From: Candidatus Fermentibacteraceae bacterium | GTDB taxonomy: Bacteria > Fermentibacterota > Fermentibacteria > Fermentibacterales > JCC-6 | Length of the DNA stretch: 64,000 bases | Direction: 5' to 3' | NCBI GenBank assembly: GCA_041750285.1 | Contig: JBGSZS010000007.1 | Span: forward strand, 64,001-128,000 | Shown: piece by piece, positions 51,757 through 61,814 of the stretch | Position numbering within the stretch: position 1 is the first letter of the stretch | Layout: each line of letters opens with the position of its first letter | Notes under the pieces: generated by a model | Database searches by the model: none | What the model was told of the DNA's origin: nothing | The model's input: the letters and a program-made list of their open reading frames with translations, nothing else | Position numbers and translations under genes: made by a program

Positions 51757-52611
51757 TTGCCGGTAACTGCGGGGAAAGGCCGTGGCTCCGGTGTCTTTTC
51801 GCCGGAGGGGATGATCATTCCTGCACTCATTGTGGCATTCTGGTTCATGGCCACAAGGGGGGGGACGGCTCTGGTGCCATCCCCGGAGCAGGTGATGAGG
51901 GTGCTTCTGTCCCCGGGCAGCGACATCGCTTCCTGCGGCTCCCTTTTCTGGAACATCTTCGTCAGCCTCTCAAGGGTGGTCACCGGACTTCTCGCGGCCA
52001 TTTTGATCGGAACTCCGGTGGGATTCCTCATGGGCGCCCACAGGCTGTCGCGAAGACTGCTCTTCCTTGTGACAGAGATGGCCAGACCCCTTTCCCCCCT
52101 GGCACTCCTGCCTTTCTCGATAATCGTGTTCCGTGACACAACCCTGACAAAGGTGCTTGGACTGACGGAACTCCGGTACTCCAGGCACCTTTTCAACGAG
52201 ATCCAGCTTGGAATGGTGTTCATTCTGCTGTGGGGCGCGGTGTTTCCCATAATCCTCGACACCATGCACGGGGTCAGGAGCATCAGGAAAAGGCATCTCG
52301 AGGTGGCGAAGGTATCCGGAGCGGGGCGATGGTTCACCTTTCTTCACGTGATGGTCCCTGCCAGCCTTCCCGACATACTCGCAGGCTACAGGATGGCCGT
52401 GGGAAGATGCTGGATGGTCATCATTGCGGCCGAGATGCTTCCCGGGACCAATTCCGGGATCGGTTACCTCCTCCGGTACTCATACCAGATATCGCGCTAC
52501 GACGTCATGGCTGCCTGCGTCATCGTCATCGCTCTCGTGGGGGCGCTGTTCGCAAAGGGTCTGGCGGACATGGGCGAGGCAAGGCTGCTTCTCAGGGCGG
52601 AGGAGCGCTGA
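51757..52611 (+). CDS. NitT/TauT ABC permease
   Basis: SLSRV, 'RPLSPLA', 'AKVSGA', WMVIIAAEM; start uncertain. Confidence 0.88.
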   Translation: MPVTAGKGRGSGVFSPEGMIIPALIVAFWFMATRGGTALVPSPEQVMRVLLSPGSDIASCGSLFWNIFVSLSRVVTGLLAAILIGTPVGFLMGAHRLSRRLLFLVTEMARPLSPLALLPFSIIVFRDTTLTKVLGLTELRYSRHLFNEIQLGMVFILLWGAVFPIILDTMHGVRSIRKRHLEVAKVSGAGRWFTFLHVMVPASLPDILAGYRMAVGRCWMVIIAAEMLPGTNSGIGYLLRYSYQISRYDVMAACVIVIALVGALFAKGLADMGEARLLLRAEER

Positions 52612-53363
52612 TGGGGGCCGGGATAGTCATCAAAGGCCTGGAGAAGCACTTTTTTGAGAAGGATGCTGGTCTTCACGCCCTGGGACCTGTCTCCCTCACG
52701 GTTCAGCCCGGGGAGTTCCTGTGCCTTCTGGGCCCCACCGGCTGCGGGAAGACCACCCTGCTCCGCATACTCGCGGGGCTGGAAACACCGAGTTCGGGTT
52801 CGGTTGATTTTGGCGGAAGCGTTTCGCCGGGAAGGATCGGCTACGTCTTTCAGGAAGGGGCGCTGTTCCCCTGGCTGACCGCTCTTGACAACGTGGCTTT
52901 CCCGCTGCGGGCAGAAGGCGCTTCCCGGGGGGATGCAAGGGCCCGGGCCGGAACGGTTCTCCGTGATGTGGGACTTGAGGGTTTCGAGGGCAGTTATCCG
53001 CATCAGCTCTCGGGTGGAATGAGACAAAGGGTGGCCCTGGCCAGGGGTATTGCCTCCAACCCCGACATCCTTCTTCTCGATGAGCCCTTCTCGAGCGTTG
53101 ACACGAGGATGAGCCATCTTCTTCAGAACAGGATGCGCGAGCTGGCCGAGGGGCTTTCCTCGACGGTCGTGTTCGTGACCCACAACATCGAGGAAGCCGT
53201 CTTTCTGGGTCACCGGATCTGCGTGATGGGGGCAAGACCGGGCAGGATCGTGCGCGATGAAGCGATACCATTGAAAGGTGAGCGCAAAAGGCTGTCAGCA
53301 GGATTCACGGAGATCCTGCTGAGTTTCAGGCGGACGTTCGAGGAGCAGGTCGCTCCTGTTTAG
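52611..53363 (+). CDS. NitT/TauT ABC ATPase
   Basis: GPTGCGKT, LSGGM, LLDEPF, VTH. Confidence 0.92.
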   Translation: MGAGIVIKGLEKHFFEKDAGLHALGPVSLTVQPGEFLCLLGPTGCGKTTLLRILAGLETPSSGSVDFGGSVSPGRIGYVFQEGALFPWLTALDNVAFPLRAEGASRGDARARAGTVLRDVGLEGFEGSYPHQLSGGMRQRVALARGIASNPDILLLDEPFSSVDTRMSHLLQNRMRELAEGLSSTVVFVTHNIEEAVFLGHRICVMGARPGRIVRDEAIPLKGERKRLSAGFTEILLSFRRTFEEQVAPV

Positions 53364-53497
53364 CGTTTCTTTTTCAGGTGCATGAAGAGCACGAGGGCAA
53401 TGGTGTCCAGCGATGCAAGCGTGGCAAGCGTCTGGCCATCGCCGTAGCTGTTGATTCCGAAACCGAACCTCAGAATGATGAAGACCAGTGTTCCCAT
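53360..53497 (-). CDS. Small 45-aa hydrophobic protein (not in ORF track)
   Basis: GGAGGT RBS; MGTLVFIILRFGFGINSYGDGQTLATLASLDTIALVLFMHLKKKR*. Confidence 0.6.
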   Translation of the reverse strand: MGTLVFIILRFGFGINSYGDGQTLATLASLDTIALVLFMHLKKKR

Positions 53498-53593
53498 AGT
53501 TGACCTCCGTTTGACGGTTGCATGCACTTGTACACAGTATAGGGCATTGCGCGGGGATTGTCACTAAGCTGCAGGCGTAAAAGGCGGGGGGCG

Positions 53594-54721
53594 TTGAAAA
53601 CGATTCGTGATTCCCGGATCATCGTGAACAATGGCTCCGAAGCCGTCTTCAGCGGTGTCATCACCCCCCGGCAACTGAGGGACGTCAGCAGGGCCTTCAA
53701 CTCCCTCGATGCGCGGGGCGAAGTCGTCCTCGATTTCACCGGATGCAGCGGGTTCGACGGCGTGGTGGCCGCCAGGATCTGGAGCGGCATCCTCTCCCTC
53801 GAAGCCTCGGGCGCAAGAGTCAAAGTGACGGGCATGGCGCCGAACCTCGTCAAGCTCCTTTCCGATTACACGGCGCTCGACCGGCGGGAGCTGCCCGAAG
53901 TGAGGCAGGGCTGGCTGTTCCGCCACTTTTCCGACATTGGTGAGAAGGTCGCCGCCGGGTTGGACAGCGCAAGGGGTCTCGTCAATTTCTCAGTGAACTC
54001 GGCCTTTTCGATAGCTGATGCCCTTCTGAAGCCACACAGGATCAGGTGGACGCTGGTGGCCTATTACATGGAGCAGGCAGGCGTCATGGCCATCCCAATC
54101 ATCGTCACACTTCAGATACTGCTCGGGTTCATCCTGGGTTATCAGGCGGGGATCCAGATGGGTACGCTCGGGGCGGCCAAGTACATGCCCCGTATACTCG
54201 CCTATTCGATCTTCTGGGAGATAGGACCCATGCTCACCGCGGTTCTCGTTGCTGGAAGGTCGGGGTCAGCATTCGCCGCCGAGATAGGGACCATGAAGGT
54301 CCGCCAGGAGGTGGATGCCCTCGAGGTGATGGGGTTCAACCTCTGTGGTTACATTGTCGCCCCCAAGGTCCTTGCGCTTTACGCCGTCATGCCCTTCCTG
54401 GTTCTCCTTTCCAATTTCAGCGGCCTTTTCGGCGCACTCCTCGCGGGTGAGATCTTCCTTGACATACCCGCACGCGTGTTCGTGGAGGAGATCCGGACCT
54501 CGCTGATCCCTCTGGATGTCTACTGGGGCATGATAAAGAGCCTGTTCTACTCGGGGATCATAGCCATAACGGGCTGCTTCATGGGAATAAGGGTCCGCGG
54601 CGGAGCCGCGGCCGTTGGACGGGCCACCACCAGCGCCGTCGTGAGCGGGATATTCCAGGTAATACTGGCCGATGCCCTGCTTTCCCTGGTGCTGGCCGAG
54701 ATCAGGCCGCCGGTGATCTGA
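53594..54721 (+). CDS. STAS + MlaE family ABC permease
   Basis: EIGP.L.A...AGRSGSA.AAEIGTM...EVDAL; start approximate. Confidence 0.9.
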   Translation: MKTIRDSRIIVNNGSEAVFSGVITPRQLRDVSRAFNSLDARGEVVLDFTGCSGFDGVVAARIWSGILSLEASGARVKVTGMAPNLVKLLSDYTALDRRELPEVRQGWLFRHFSDIGEKVAAGLDSARGLVNFSVNSAFSIADALLKPHRIRWTLVAYYMEQAGVMAIPIIVTLQILLGFILGYQAGIQMGTLGAAKYMPRILAYSIFWEIGPMLTAVLVAGRSGSAFAAEIGTMKVRQEVDALEVMGFNLCGYIVAPKVLALYAVMPFLVLLSNFSGLFGALLAGEIFLDIPARVFVEEIRTSLIPLDVYWGMIKSLFYSGIIAITGCFMGIRVRGGAAAVGRATTSAVVSGIFQVILADALLSLVLAEIRPPVI

Positions 54722-55488
54722 TGCAAAGGGAGGACAATGTTCTGATGGGCACCAGGAACCTCACGGGGGGGTACGACTCAGACATGGTCCTCGAGAATGT
54801 AAGCATGGATGTTTACTGCGGAGAGGTACTGGTGATAGTTGGTCGGTCCGGGTGCGGGAAAAGCACGCTCATGAACCACCTGCTCGGTCTGCTGAAACCC
54901 TGGGAGGGTACCGTCACCTACAGGGGTGCCGACATCTGGGAGTCACCGGAACGCCTTGACAGTGCAAGGAAGAAGTGGGGCGTCCTGTTTCAGTCCGGAG
55001 CGCTCCTCGGAAGCTACACAACTATTGAGAACGTAATGCTGCCGCTTCAGGAGTTCACACAGCTCACCGCTCCCGAGAGACGCATTGCGGCCCTTCACAA
55101 GCTTGACATGGTTGGACTCGCGGAGTTTGCGCATTATTATCCCCTTGAGCTTTCCGGTGGAATGCAGAAAAGGGCGGGACTCGCCCGCGCAATGGCGCTC
55201 GATCCCGAGGTGCTCTTCTTCGATGAGCCTTCCGCGGGGCTGGATCCCGTAACCTCTCATTCTCTGGATGAACTGATGCTTTCGATAAACAAGACGCTGG
55301 GCACGACCCTTGTTGTCGTGACCCATGAACTGGACAGCATATTCGCCATCAGCGACAGAGTGATCATGCTCGACGCTGAAGAGAAGGGGATCATCGCAGT
55401 GGGAAGCCCCGAGGATCTGGCCACGCACCACAACGACGCGAGGGTTGAAGCCTTCTTCGACAGAAAGGCCGTGCCGTCGAGATCATGA
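54721..55488 (+). CDS. MlaF family ABC ATPase
   Basis: GRSGCGKS, LFQSGAL, LSGGM.KR, FDEPSAGLDP. Confidence 0.92.
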   Translation: MQREDNVLMGTRNLTGGYDSDMVLENVSMDVYCGEVLVIVGRSGCGKSTLMNHLLGLLKPWEGTVTYRGADIWESPERLDSARKKWGVLFQSGALLGSYTTIENVMLPLQEFTQLTAPERRIAALHKLDMVGLAEFAHYYPLELSGGMQKRAGLARAMALDPEVLFFDEPSAGLDPVTSHSLDELMLSINKTLGTTLVVVTHELDSIFAISDRVIMLDAEEKGIIAVGSPEDLATHHNDARVEAFFDRKAVPSRS

Positions 55489-56357
55489 TGAAGGCAAACA
55501 AACTCAGGCTTGGTATTTTCTTCGTTGTAACCATGGCTTTCTTCCTTGCAGTCATCATCTGGCTGACCGGCGGGTTGAGCGGAAAGAAGATGGTTCCCTA
55601 CGTCTGCTACTTCGACTGGTCGGTGAGCGGGCTGAGCCTCGGAAGCGAGGTCATGTACAACGGTGTTCTCGTGGGAAGCGTGAGAAGCATCTCCATCGCA
55701 CCCGACGGCAGGCTCGTACAGGTTCTCATGGAAGTCGACCCATCCTTCGTCGTCGATCATGAGATCACGGCTTGCCTGACCACCGCCGGGATCACGGGCA
55801 GCCAGAAGATCGATCTGAGCCGTTCCGTCGAGGGGGAAACCCAGCTGAACAGGGCCGGCGACCTTGGTTTCACACCTCCCGCCGTTGTCATACCGGTCAC
55901 CTCAGGCATGATGCAGAAGCTTTCGCACGGTGCCGACCGACTCGTGGAGATAATGGACATCGTCGATTTCGAGGTTCTTAACGAGGAACTCAACAGGATG
56001 CTCGTCAACGTGAACAGGCTCATGGATGCAGCTGAAGTCGAGGTTCTCGTGGAGTGTCTGGTGTCCAACTCCCGAAACCTTGACTCCCTGCTGATTACGT
56101 ACAACAGGCTGGGGCGCAACGCTGACCTTCTGGTGACACAGATGCGCGCCGAGCTTCCCGGTCTTTCCTCCGACGCGCGGCACCTCATGGAAAGCCTCGA
56201 GGAACTTACGCAGGTCCTGAATGCCTTTACCCGGAACGCCGATGCGCTTCTGGAACCCGTCTCGGGTTTCGCAGGAGAAGCCAGGGAGCTGATGCCATTG
56301 CTCAGGGAAGGTCTCGACGCGATGATCTCTCCCCAAGGAAGAGAGGTAGTGTGGTAG
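55485..56357 (+). CDS. MlaD/MCE-domain protein with helical extension
   Basis: N-terminal TM; SVSGLS.GS.V.YNGV.VG.V. Confidence 0.9.
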   Translation: MMKANKLRLGIFFVVTMAFFLAVIIWLTGGLSGKKMVPYVCYFDWSVSGLSLGSEVMYNGVLVGSVRSISIAPDGRLVQVLMEVDPSFVVDHEITACLTTAGITGSQKIDLSRSVEGETQLNRAGDLGFTPPAVVIPVTSGMMQKLSHGADRLVEIMDIVDFEVLNEELNRMLVNVNRLMDAAEVEVLVECLVSNSRNLDSLLITYNRLGRNADLLVTQMRAELPGLSSDARHLMESLEELTQVLNAFTRNADALLEPVSGFAGEARELMPLLREGLDAMISPQGREVVW

Positions 56358-56986
56358 TCAAAAAGGGCCCGGGCGCCGCAGTCACGGTCTTTATTCTGCT
56401 CTGCGCGGTTTCGTGCATTACTGTGAACGTTCCGATCGGTGGCAGCGATGGAGAACCCGTCACGAGATGGTACCTTTCCTGGAACCGCCCCGAGTCTTCC
56501 GGACCCTTCCTCGGTGGAGCCCTCAGGGTCAAGGAGTTCGGAGCCGCGTCGGACTACTCGCTGACCGCAATGACCCTGAAGTACGCCGAGGGAACCCTGT
56601 CCGAGGCTTCTGAAGACCGGTGGGCAACACGGATACCATTGATGCTTTCGGAAATGCTCGCCGGCGATCTCGCCGCCATGGGCGTCTTCGGTTCGGTGTT
56701 CTCATATGCGGCCTCACCGCAGGACATGCTTCTTGTCGAGGGTTTCGTGAGGGAGTTCGGGGCCACCAGGAATACGGATGGCGTCTGGACGGCGATTCTC
56801 GACGTCGATGTCATTCTGCTGGGCGACCGGGGCAACACCCTGCTGTTCCACAAGAACTACAGGCTGGAGAGGGAGATGGGCACGGTCGGCATTCCTGAAA
56901 TGGTGAACCAGCTCAATGTCCTGGGCGAGATCTGGAGTGAGACAGCCAGAGGCGACATCGTGAGCGCCCTGCTTCCCAGGAGGTAG
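56351..56986 (+). CDS. PqiC-like ABC auxiliary lipoprotein
   Basis: Lipobox AVSC; 'RWA'; follows the MCE gene. Confidence 0.75.
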   Translation: MVVKKGPGAAVTVFILLCAVSCITVNVPIGGSDGEPVTRWYLSWNRPESSGPFLGGALRVKEFGAASDYSLTAMTLKYAEGTLSEASEDRWATRIPLMLSEMLAGDLAAMGVFGSVFSYAASPQDMLLVEGFVREFGATRNTDGVWTAILDVDVILLGDRGNTLLFHKNYRLEREMGTVGIPEMVNQLNVLGEIWSETARGDIVSALLPRR

Positions 56987-56988
56987 CA

Positions 56989-57894
56989 TTGGGTCTCTTC
57001 AGAAGAAGAACCGAGGAAGCCGCGCCCGGTTTTCATGAAAGACCCGCGCCGCCCTTCGATGAGCTTGGCAACTTCATCATCGTCGTTCTCGACAGCTGCA
57101 GGTACGACACGTTCATCGAGGCCGCCCCCAGGGTCATCACAAGGCTCGGCGCTCCCGAACAGAGGTTCAGCTACGCTTCCTGGACTGCGCCGTCCCACTA
57201 CAACCTGCTGATGGGTCTGATGCCCCATACCAGCCCCGCCGGGGTTTTTGCCAGCGAATACTACAAGAAGGATTTCCTGGCTTTCAACAGAAGGCTCGGC
57301 GCACGTGAGATCGAGTTCAAAAGCCTCGTGCCCAGACTGTATCTGCCCGACTACCTGCGCGACTCCCTGGGATACCGGACACACGCCATGGTCTCCCTTC
57401 CGGTTCTGAACTCATTCACTCCCCTCAACCGCGGCTTCGACACATTCCGTCTCATGGACAGACACAACGACATGAACGCAATGCTGGATCTTTTGACCTT
57501 TCCTTCGGACAGACCCAGCTTCTACCTCCTGAACACGGGGGAGACACACTACCCCTACGCCACGCCCGACGAACCCGAGAATGAGTGGCCCAGGATGAGC
57601 GGCGTGCACGGTGTTTTCAAGCACCTGGACGACCATGCCCTTTCGGGAGGCGACCACGATGACCGTTTCTTCGACGAAACCCAGATGGGGATCCTGAGGG
57701 AACGGCAGGTCAATGCGGTCAGGTGGCTGGACAGGGTCTTTGAAAGACTATTCGATATCGTCCCCAAGAACACCTGGATCACCGTGACCTCCGACCACGG
57801 CGAGCTCTTCGGCGAGGGTGGCTTTTTCGGCCACGGTCCGGTCTTTCATGAGAAGGTTTTCCAGGTGCCGTTTCTGGAAGGTGGAATAAGGTAG
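56989..57894 (+). CDS. Alkaline phosphatase/sulfatase-superfamily metalloenzyme
   Basis: LDSCRYD, WTAPSH, H.PY, TSDHGE, GHG, VP. Confidence 0.8.
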   Translation: MGLFRRRTEEAAPGFHERPAPPFDELGNFIIVVLDSCRYDTFIEAAPRVITRLGAPEQRFSYASWTAPSHYNLLMGLMPHTSPAGVFASEYYKKDFLAFNRRLGAREIEFKSLVPRLYLPDYLRDSLGYRTHAMVSLPVLNSFTPLNRGFDTFRLMDRHNDMNAMLDLLTFPSDRPSFYLLNTGETHYPYATPDEPENEWPRMSGVHGVFKHLDDHALSGGDHDDRFFDETQMGILRERQVNAVRWLDRVFERLFDIVPKNTWITVTSDHGELFGEGGFFGHGPVFHEKVFQVPFLEGGIR

Positions 57895-57896
57895 GC

Positions 57897-59714
57897 ATGA
57901 GCAGCGAGAGTACTTTGAAGTTCAAGGCCGAGACCAGGAGAGTTCTGGACATAGTCATCCACAGCCTCTACTCCCATCGCGAGATATTCCTGAGGGAACT
58001 GATCTCCAACGGCTCCGACGCGCTTGACAGGCTCAGGTTCGAAGGTCTGACCCGTGAGGACCTGCTTCCCCCCGACTACACTCCCGAGGTTCACGTGATC
58101 CCCGACGAGAACGCACGCACCCTCACTGTGACCGACAACGGCATCGGCATGAACAGGGCCGACCTGACGGACAACCTGGGGACGATCGCCTCCTCGGGCA
58201 CCCTGAAGTTCGCCGCCGCCGCGGCATCCAGCGAGAGCGCCCCCGAACTCATTGGGAAGTTCGGCGTCGGTTTCTACAGCTCCTTCATGGTGGCCGACAG
58301 GGTGACGGTGAAGACAAGGAAGGCGGGCGACGGGAAGGGATGGATCTGGGAGAGCGACGGCCGCGAAACCTACACGATCAACCAGGCGGACGACATCCCC
58401 TTCGGCACATCGGTGATACTTCACCTTCACGAGGACCACAAGGAATACCTCGACGCATGGAGGCTCCGCTCACTGGTGACCGAGTACAGCGACTTCGTGA
58501 GTCACCCCGTCATCCTCCACACGAAGGACGGCAAGGTCGACCGTGTGAACACCGGCACCCCCATATGGCTGCGGAGTGAAGAGAGCGTGGAAGAGGCCGA
58601 GTACGACCGCTTCTACACTCATTTGACGCACGACGGCGAAAAACCGCTGGCCAGGATAGTCTTCCGGGGCGAAGGGGTGACCGAGTTCAGAGCGCTCCTG
58701 TTCATTCCCCGGGAAAGGTCCTTCGGGATGATGATGCCCGACAACAGGCCAGGGGTGAGCCTGTTCGTCAGGAGGGTCCTCGTTCAGAAGGAGGCTGACG
58801 ACCTTCTTCCGCCCTACCTCCGCTTCGTCAGGGGCGTGGTCGAGGCCGAGGGGCTCAGCCTCAACATCTCCCGCGAGACCATTCAGCAGGACAGGGAGAT
58901 GGAAAGGATCAACAGGGCCCTCACCAAGAAGATCCACGCAAAACTGTCCGACATCATGAAGGACGATCCTGAAGCCTACCGCAGTTTCTTCGTGAACATG
59001 GGCGACTTCATAAGGGAAGGGGTGTGCACCCACACCGAACGCCGGACAGAACTGGCCGGGCTGCTTCTTGTGAACACCACCGCCACCGGGGAGCCCGAAC
59101 CCTTCACCTCCGTCGCGGAAAGATTTCCCGAAAAAGCTTCAATTCCCTACATAACGGGAACGGATATCAGGGAACTGAAGCTCTCTCCACTTCTGGAATC
59201 GCGAGAGGGCGAGGTGCTTTTGCTGGATGCCCCGCTAGACGGCCTCGTTGCGGAAACGCTCAGGGAGTTCAAGGGGCGGCAGCTTGTCAATCTTGCAACC
59301 GAAAGTGCCGAGAAGGAGCTTTCGAGCGAGGAGAGGGAGAAGAGGGCTGAATCGGAGAAGAAATACTCCGACCTCATCACGAGATTCCGCGAGATACTGG
59401 GCGACCGGGTATCGGGAATAAGGTTCTCCCCGAAACTCACCACCACGCCATGCGTGCTGGTGAGTGGCGCCGACGATCCCGGCGACACGTTCAGGATGAT
59501 GATGAGAGCCATGAACAGGGATGTCACCGAACCGAAGCGGATCCTCGAACTCAATCCCGCGCACCCCATGACCGTCTCGCTTGACGCCAGGCTCAGGAAC
59601 GGCGAGGACATCACGGACCTCGTGAACATGGTGCTGGAGCTGGCAAGGGTCACGAGCGGGCTTCGACCCGAAAACCCGGCCGCTTTCGGGCGCTTCGTGG
59701 GCTCGCTGTTCTAG
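57897..59714 (+). CDS. htpG: Hsp90 chaperone HtpG
   Basis: FLRELISN, DNGIGM, IGKFGVGFYS, LNISRE. Confidence 0.96.
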   Translation: MSSESTLKFKAETRRVLDIVIHSLYSHREIFLRELISNGSDALDRLRFEGLTREDLLPPDYTPEVHVIPDENARTLTVTDNGIGMNRADLTDNLGTIASSGTLKFAAAAASSESAPELIGKFGVGFYSSFMVADRVTVKTRKAGDGKGWIWESDGRETYTINQADDIPFGTSVILHLHEDHKEYLDAWRLRSLVTEYSDFVSHPVILHTKDGKVDRVNTGTPIWLRSEESVEEAEYDRFYTHLTHDGEKPLARIVFRGEGVTEFRALLFIPRERSFGMMMPDNRPGVSLFVRRVLVQKEADDLLPPYLRFVRGVVEAEGLSLNISRETIQQDREMERINRALTKKIHAKLSDIMKDDPEAYRSFFVNMGDFIREGVCTHTERRTELAGLLLVNTTATGEPEPFTSVAERFPEKASIPYITGTDIRELKLSPLLESREGEVLLLDAPLDGLVAETLREFKGRQLVNLATESAEKELSSEEREKRAESEKKYSDLITRFREILGDRVSGIRFSPKLTTTPCVLVSGADDPGDTFRMMMRAMNRDVTEPKRILELNPAHPMTVSLDARLRNGEDITDLVNMVLELARVTSGLRPENPAAFGRFVGSLF

Positions 59715-60428
59715 ATGAAATACTTCGTGGTCTCTCTCGCGGCCTTCATTCCGGGGATAGCCTGGCTGGTCTACTTCTACAGGTGCGACCGGTACGAACC
59801 CGAACCGGTAAAGCTCGTGATCCGCACCTTCATCGTCGGGATGCTCGTGGCCCTTGCCTTGGGAACCGCCTACAGCGGGCTCGATTACCCGTGGGGACCC
59901 TACATGTGGGCTGCGGTCATTTTCGCACCGCTGGTGGAGGAACCCGCGAAGTTCCTTGCTGTAAGGTGGACCGTGTTCAACAGCAGGCAGTTCAACGAAC
60001 CGTTCGACGGGATCATATACGCCGTTTCGGCGGCGCTTGGTTTCGCCGCGGTAGAGAACATCATGTACGTGGCGGGGGGGTGGTTCGAGATCAACCCCAT
60101 GGCCGGGTTGCTGACCCTTCTTTCACGAACCGTTCTCAGCGTTCCGGGTCACGCCCTCTTCAGTGCATGGTGGGGTGCGGCCCTGGGCTTTTCCAAGGGC
60201 AAAAAACCATTGACGCAGGTTCTGATGGTCGGCGGCGGCCTTCTGGCTTCGATGGTCTTCCACGGAGCATTCAACTGGTTTGCCGGCAACGAGGTGCTTG
60301 GCGGTCTGGCATTCCTTGCGTTCCTCACTTTGCTCTGGCGCGTCACCTGGGTGCGCCTGATCAAGCCTGCGCTGAGTGCATCACCCTTCAGACCCGCCCC
60401 GGAAAAGGGCGATGAACCTTCCCCCTGA
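59715..60428 (+). CDS. prsW: PrsW family intramembrane metalloprotease
   Basis: EE.AK, GFA.VEN, H...H. Confidence 0.9.
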   Translation: MKYFVVSLAAFIPGIAWLVYFYRCDRYEPEPVKLVIRTFIVGMLVALALGTAYSGLDYPWGPYMWAAVIFAPLVEEPAKFLAVRWTVFNSRQFNEPFDGIIYAVSAALGFAAVENIMYVAGGWFEINPMAGLLTLLSRTVLSVPGHALFSAWWGAALGFSKGKKPLTQVLMVGGGLLASMVFHGAFNWFAGNEVLGGLAFLAFLTLLWRVTWVRLIKPALSASPFRPAPEKGDEPSP

Positions 60429-60966
60429 CACCCTCTCACTTGCCCCTGCGCTTCTGGGCTGCATTCTTCGCAGGGATACCGCAGGGGGAACCATGGAGGG
60501 GATCATCATCGAGACCGAAGCCTACACCCATGACGATCCCGCAAGCCACTCCTTCACCGGCAGGACCATCCGCAACGCATCGATGTTCCTGCCCCCTTTC
60601 CACGCTTACGTTTACAGGTCCTACGGGATCCATTTCTGTCTGAACGTGACTTCCGGCCCCGAGGGAACAGGTGAGGCCGTGCTTGTCAGGGCGCTGATCC
60701 CCACTGCAGGAATCGATCTCATGAGGCGCAACCGCGGGAAGGCGCCCGATGCCCGGCTGACCCAGGGACCCGGGAATCTCTGCTCGGCCCTGGCAATCGA
60801 CGGGAACCTCGACGGCCACGATCTTTCAATCAGCCCCCTGAGACTTATCGTGCCCCGGGGTCATGTTCCGCAAACGCCGCAGGTGACGCCGCGGATCGGG
60901 ATAACGAAGGCCAGGGAGAAGCTCTGGCGCTTCAGGGCCGCGATCTCCGGGGACCGGTTGCGGTGA
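60412..60966 (+). CDS. mpg: DNA-3-methyladenine glycosylase (MPG/AAG)
   Basis: IETEAY, YVYRSYGIH, AVLVRA, GPGNLC, RIGI. Confidence 0.93.
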   Translation: MNLPPDTLSLAPALLGCILRRDTAGGTMEGIIIETEAYTHDDPASHSFTGRTIRNASMFLPPFHAYVYRSYGIHFCLNVTSGPEGTGEAVLVRALIPTAGIDLMRRNRGKAPDARLTQGPGNLCSALAIDGNLDGHDLSISPLRLIVPRGHVPQTPQVTPRIGITKAREKLWRFRAAISGDRLR

Positions 60967-61065
60967 CATGCGGCTGGAGTTGACTGGACAGCCTTGTTGC
61001 ATGTGTATTCATTATGTTTTGTTTCCACGGGCTTACCGTGATGAAAACCGTAAAGGAGCCGCGCG

Positions 61066-61179
61066 ATGGGCGACAAGGGTGGGAAAAAGGATAAGAACAA
61101 GATCATGAAACAGAAGGAAAACAAGAAGGAACAGGACGAGAAGAAGAAGCAGGAAAAGGCCCCGAAGAGAAAACCCTGA
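61066..61179 (+). CDS. Small Lys-rich basic protein (37 aa; not in ORF track)
   Basis: AAGGAG RBS; MGDKGGKKDKNKIMKQKENKKEQDEKKKQEKAPKRKP*. Confidence 0.7.
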   Translation: MGDKGGKKDKNKIMKQKENKKEQDEKKKQEKAPKRKP

Positions 61180-61205
61180 CGGGTTGAGGTTTTTACGGGT
61201 TACCG

Positions 61206-61228
61206 GGCCGGGCTGGCTCAGCCCGGCC
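61206..61228. terminator. GC-rich hairpin between convergent genes
   Basis: GGCCGGGCTG-GCT-CAGCCCGGCC perfect 10-bp stem; no clear U tract. Confidence 0.4.
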
Positions 61229-61712
61229 AGACCATGAACGAGAACAGGGCCACCGACAGGCCCAGAATGAACCCCGCGAGGACCTGAAGACCGGTATGCC
61301 CCAGGAACACCTGAAGGACCTCGGGCTTGAACCCCTCATTGAACATCTCGTGCAGTTCAGCCGTTATCTGGTTCAGGATCAGGGCATGTTTGCCGGCCGC
61401 CTGACGGACTCCCACGGCATCGTACATGACTATGAGCGCAAAAACCGCGGCGCACGCGAAAAGGGGTGATGCAAGCCCCTCGGTGAAGGCGATGCCGGTG
61501 GCCAGCGCAGTCACCAGTGCCGCATGGGAAGATGGCATTCCCCCCGGCCCGAAAAGGCGGTCGGAGCGCCATTGCCTTTCGGAGATCAGGACGAGGACCG
61601 CCTTGAGGATCTGGGCCTCGGCATCGGCTATGATTGCCGTCCAAAGTATCTGGTTCGAGAAGAGTTCGATCAACTTGTCACTCCCGGCTACGTGTTTTAA
61701 TGATACCGACAA
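61218..61712 (-). CDS. Divergent PAP2 family (DUF212) membrane protein
   Basis: AQ.LK, GGMPSSH, MYDA.GVR, LGHT. Confidence 0.92.
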   Translation of the reverse strand: MSVSLKHVAGSDKLIELFSNQILWTAIIADAEAQILKAVLVLISERQWRSDRLFGPGGMPSSHAALVTALATGIAFTEGLASPLFACAAVFALIVMYDAVGVRQAAGKHALILNQITAELHEMFNEGFKPEVLQVFLGHTGLQVLAGFILGLSVALFSFMVWPG

Positions 61713-61814
61713 TCCTGCGTCCGGTCAACGATCCGCTCTTTTCGATTGACCCATAGTGGTTTAAGGGCTATGCTCACTCAAGGTGTCCGCCCAATAAAAA
61801 CGGAGGGGGATGAA

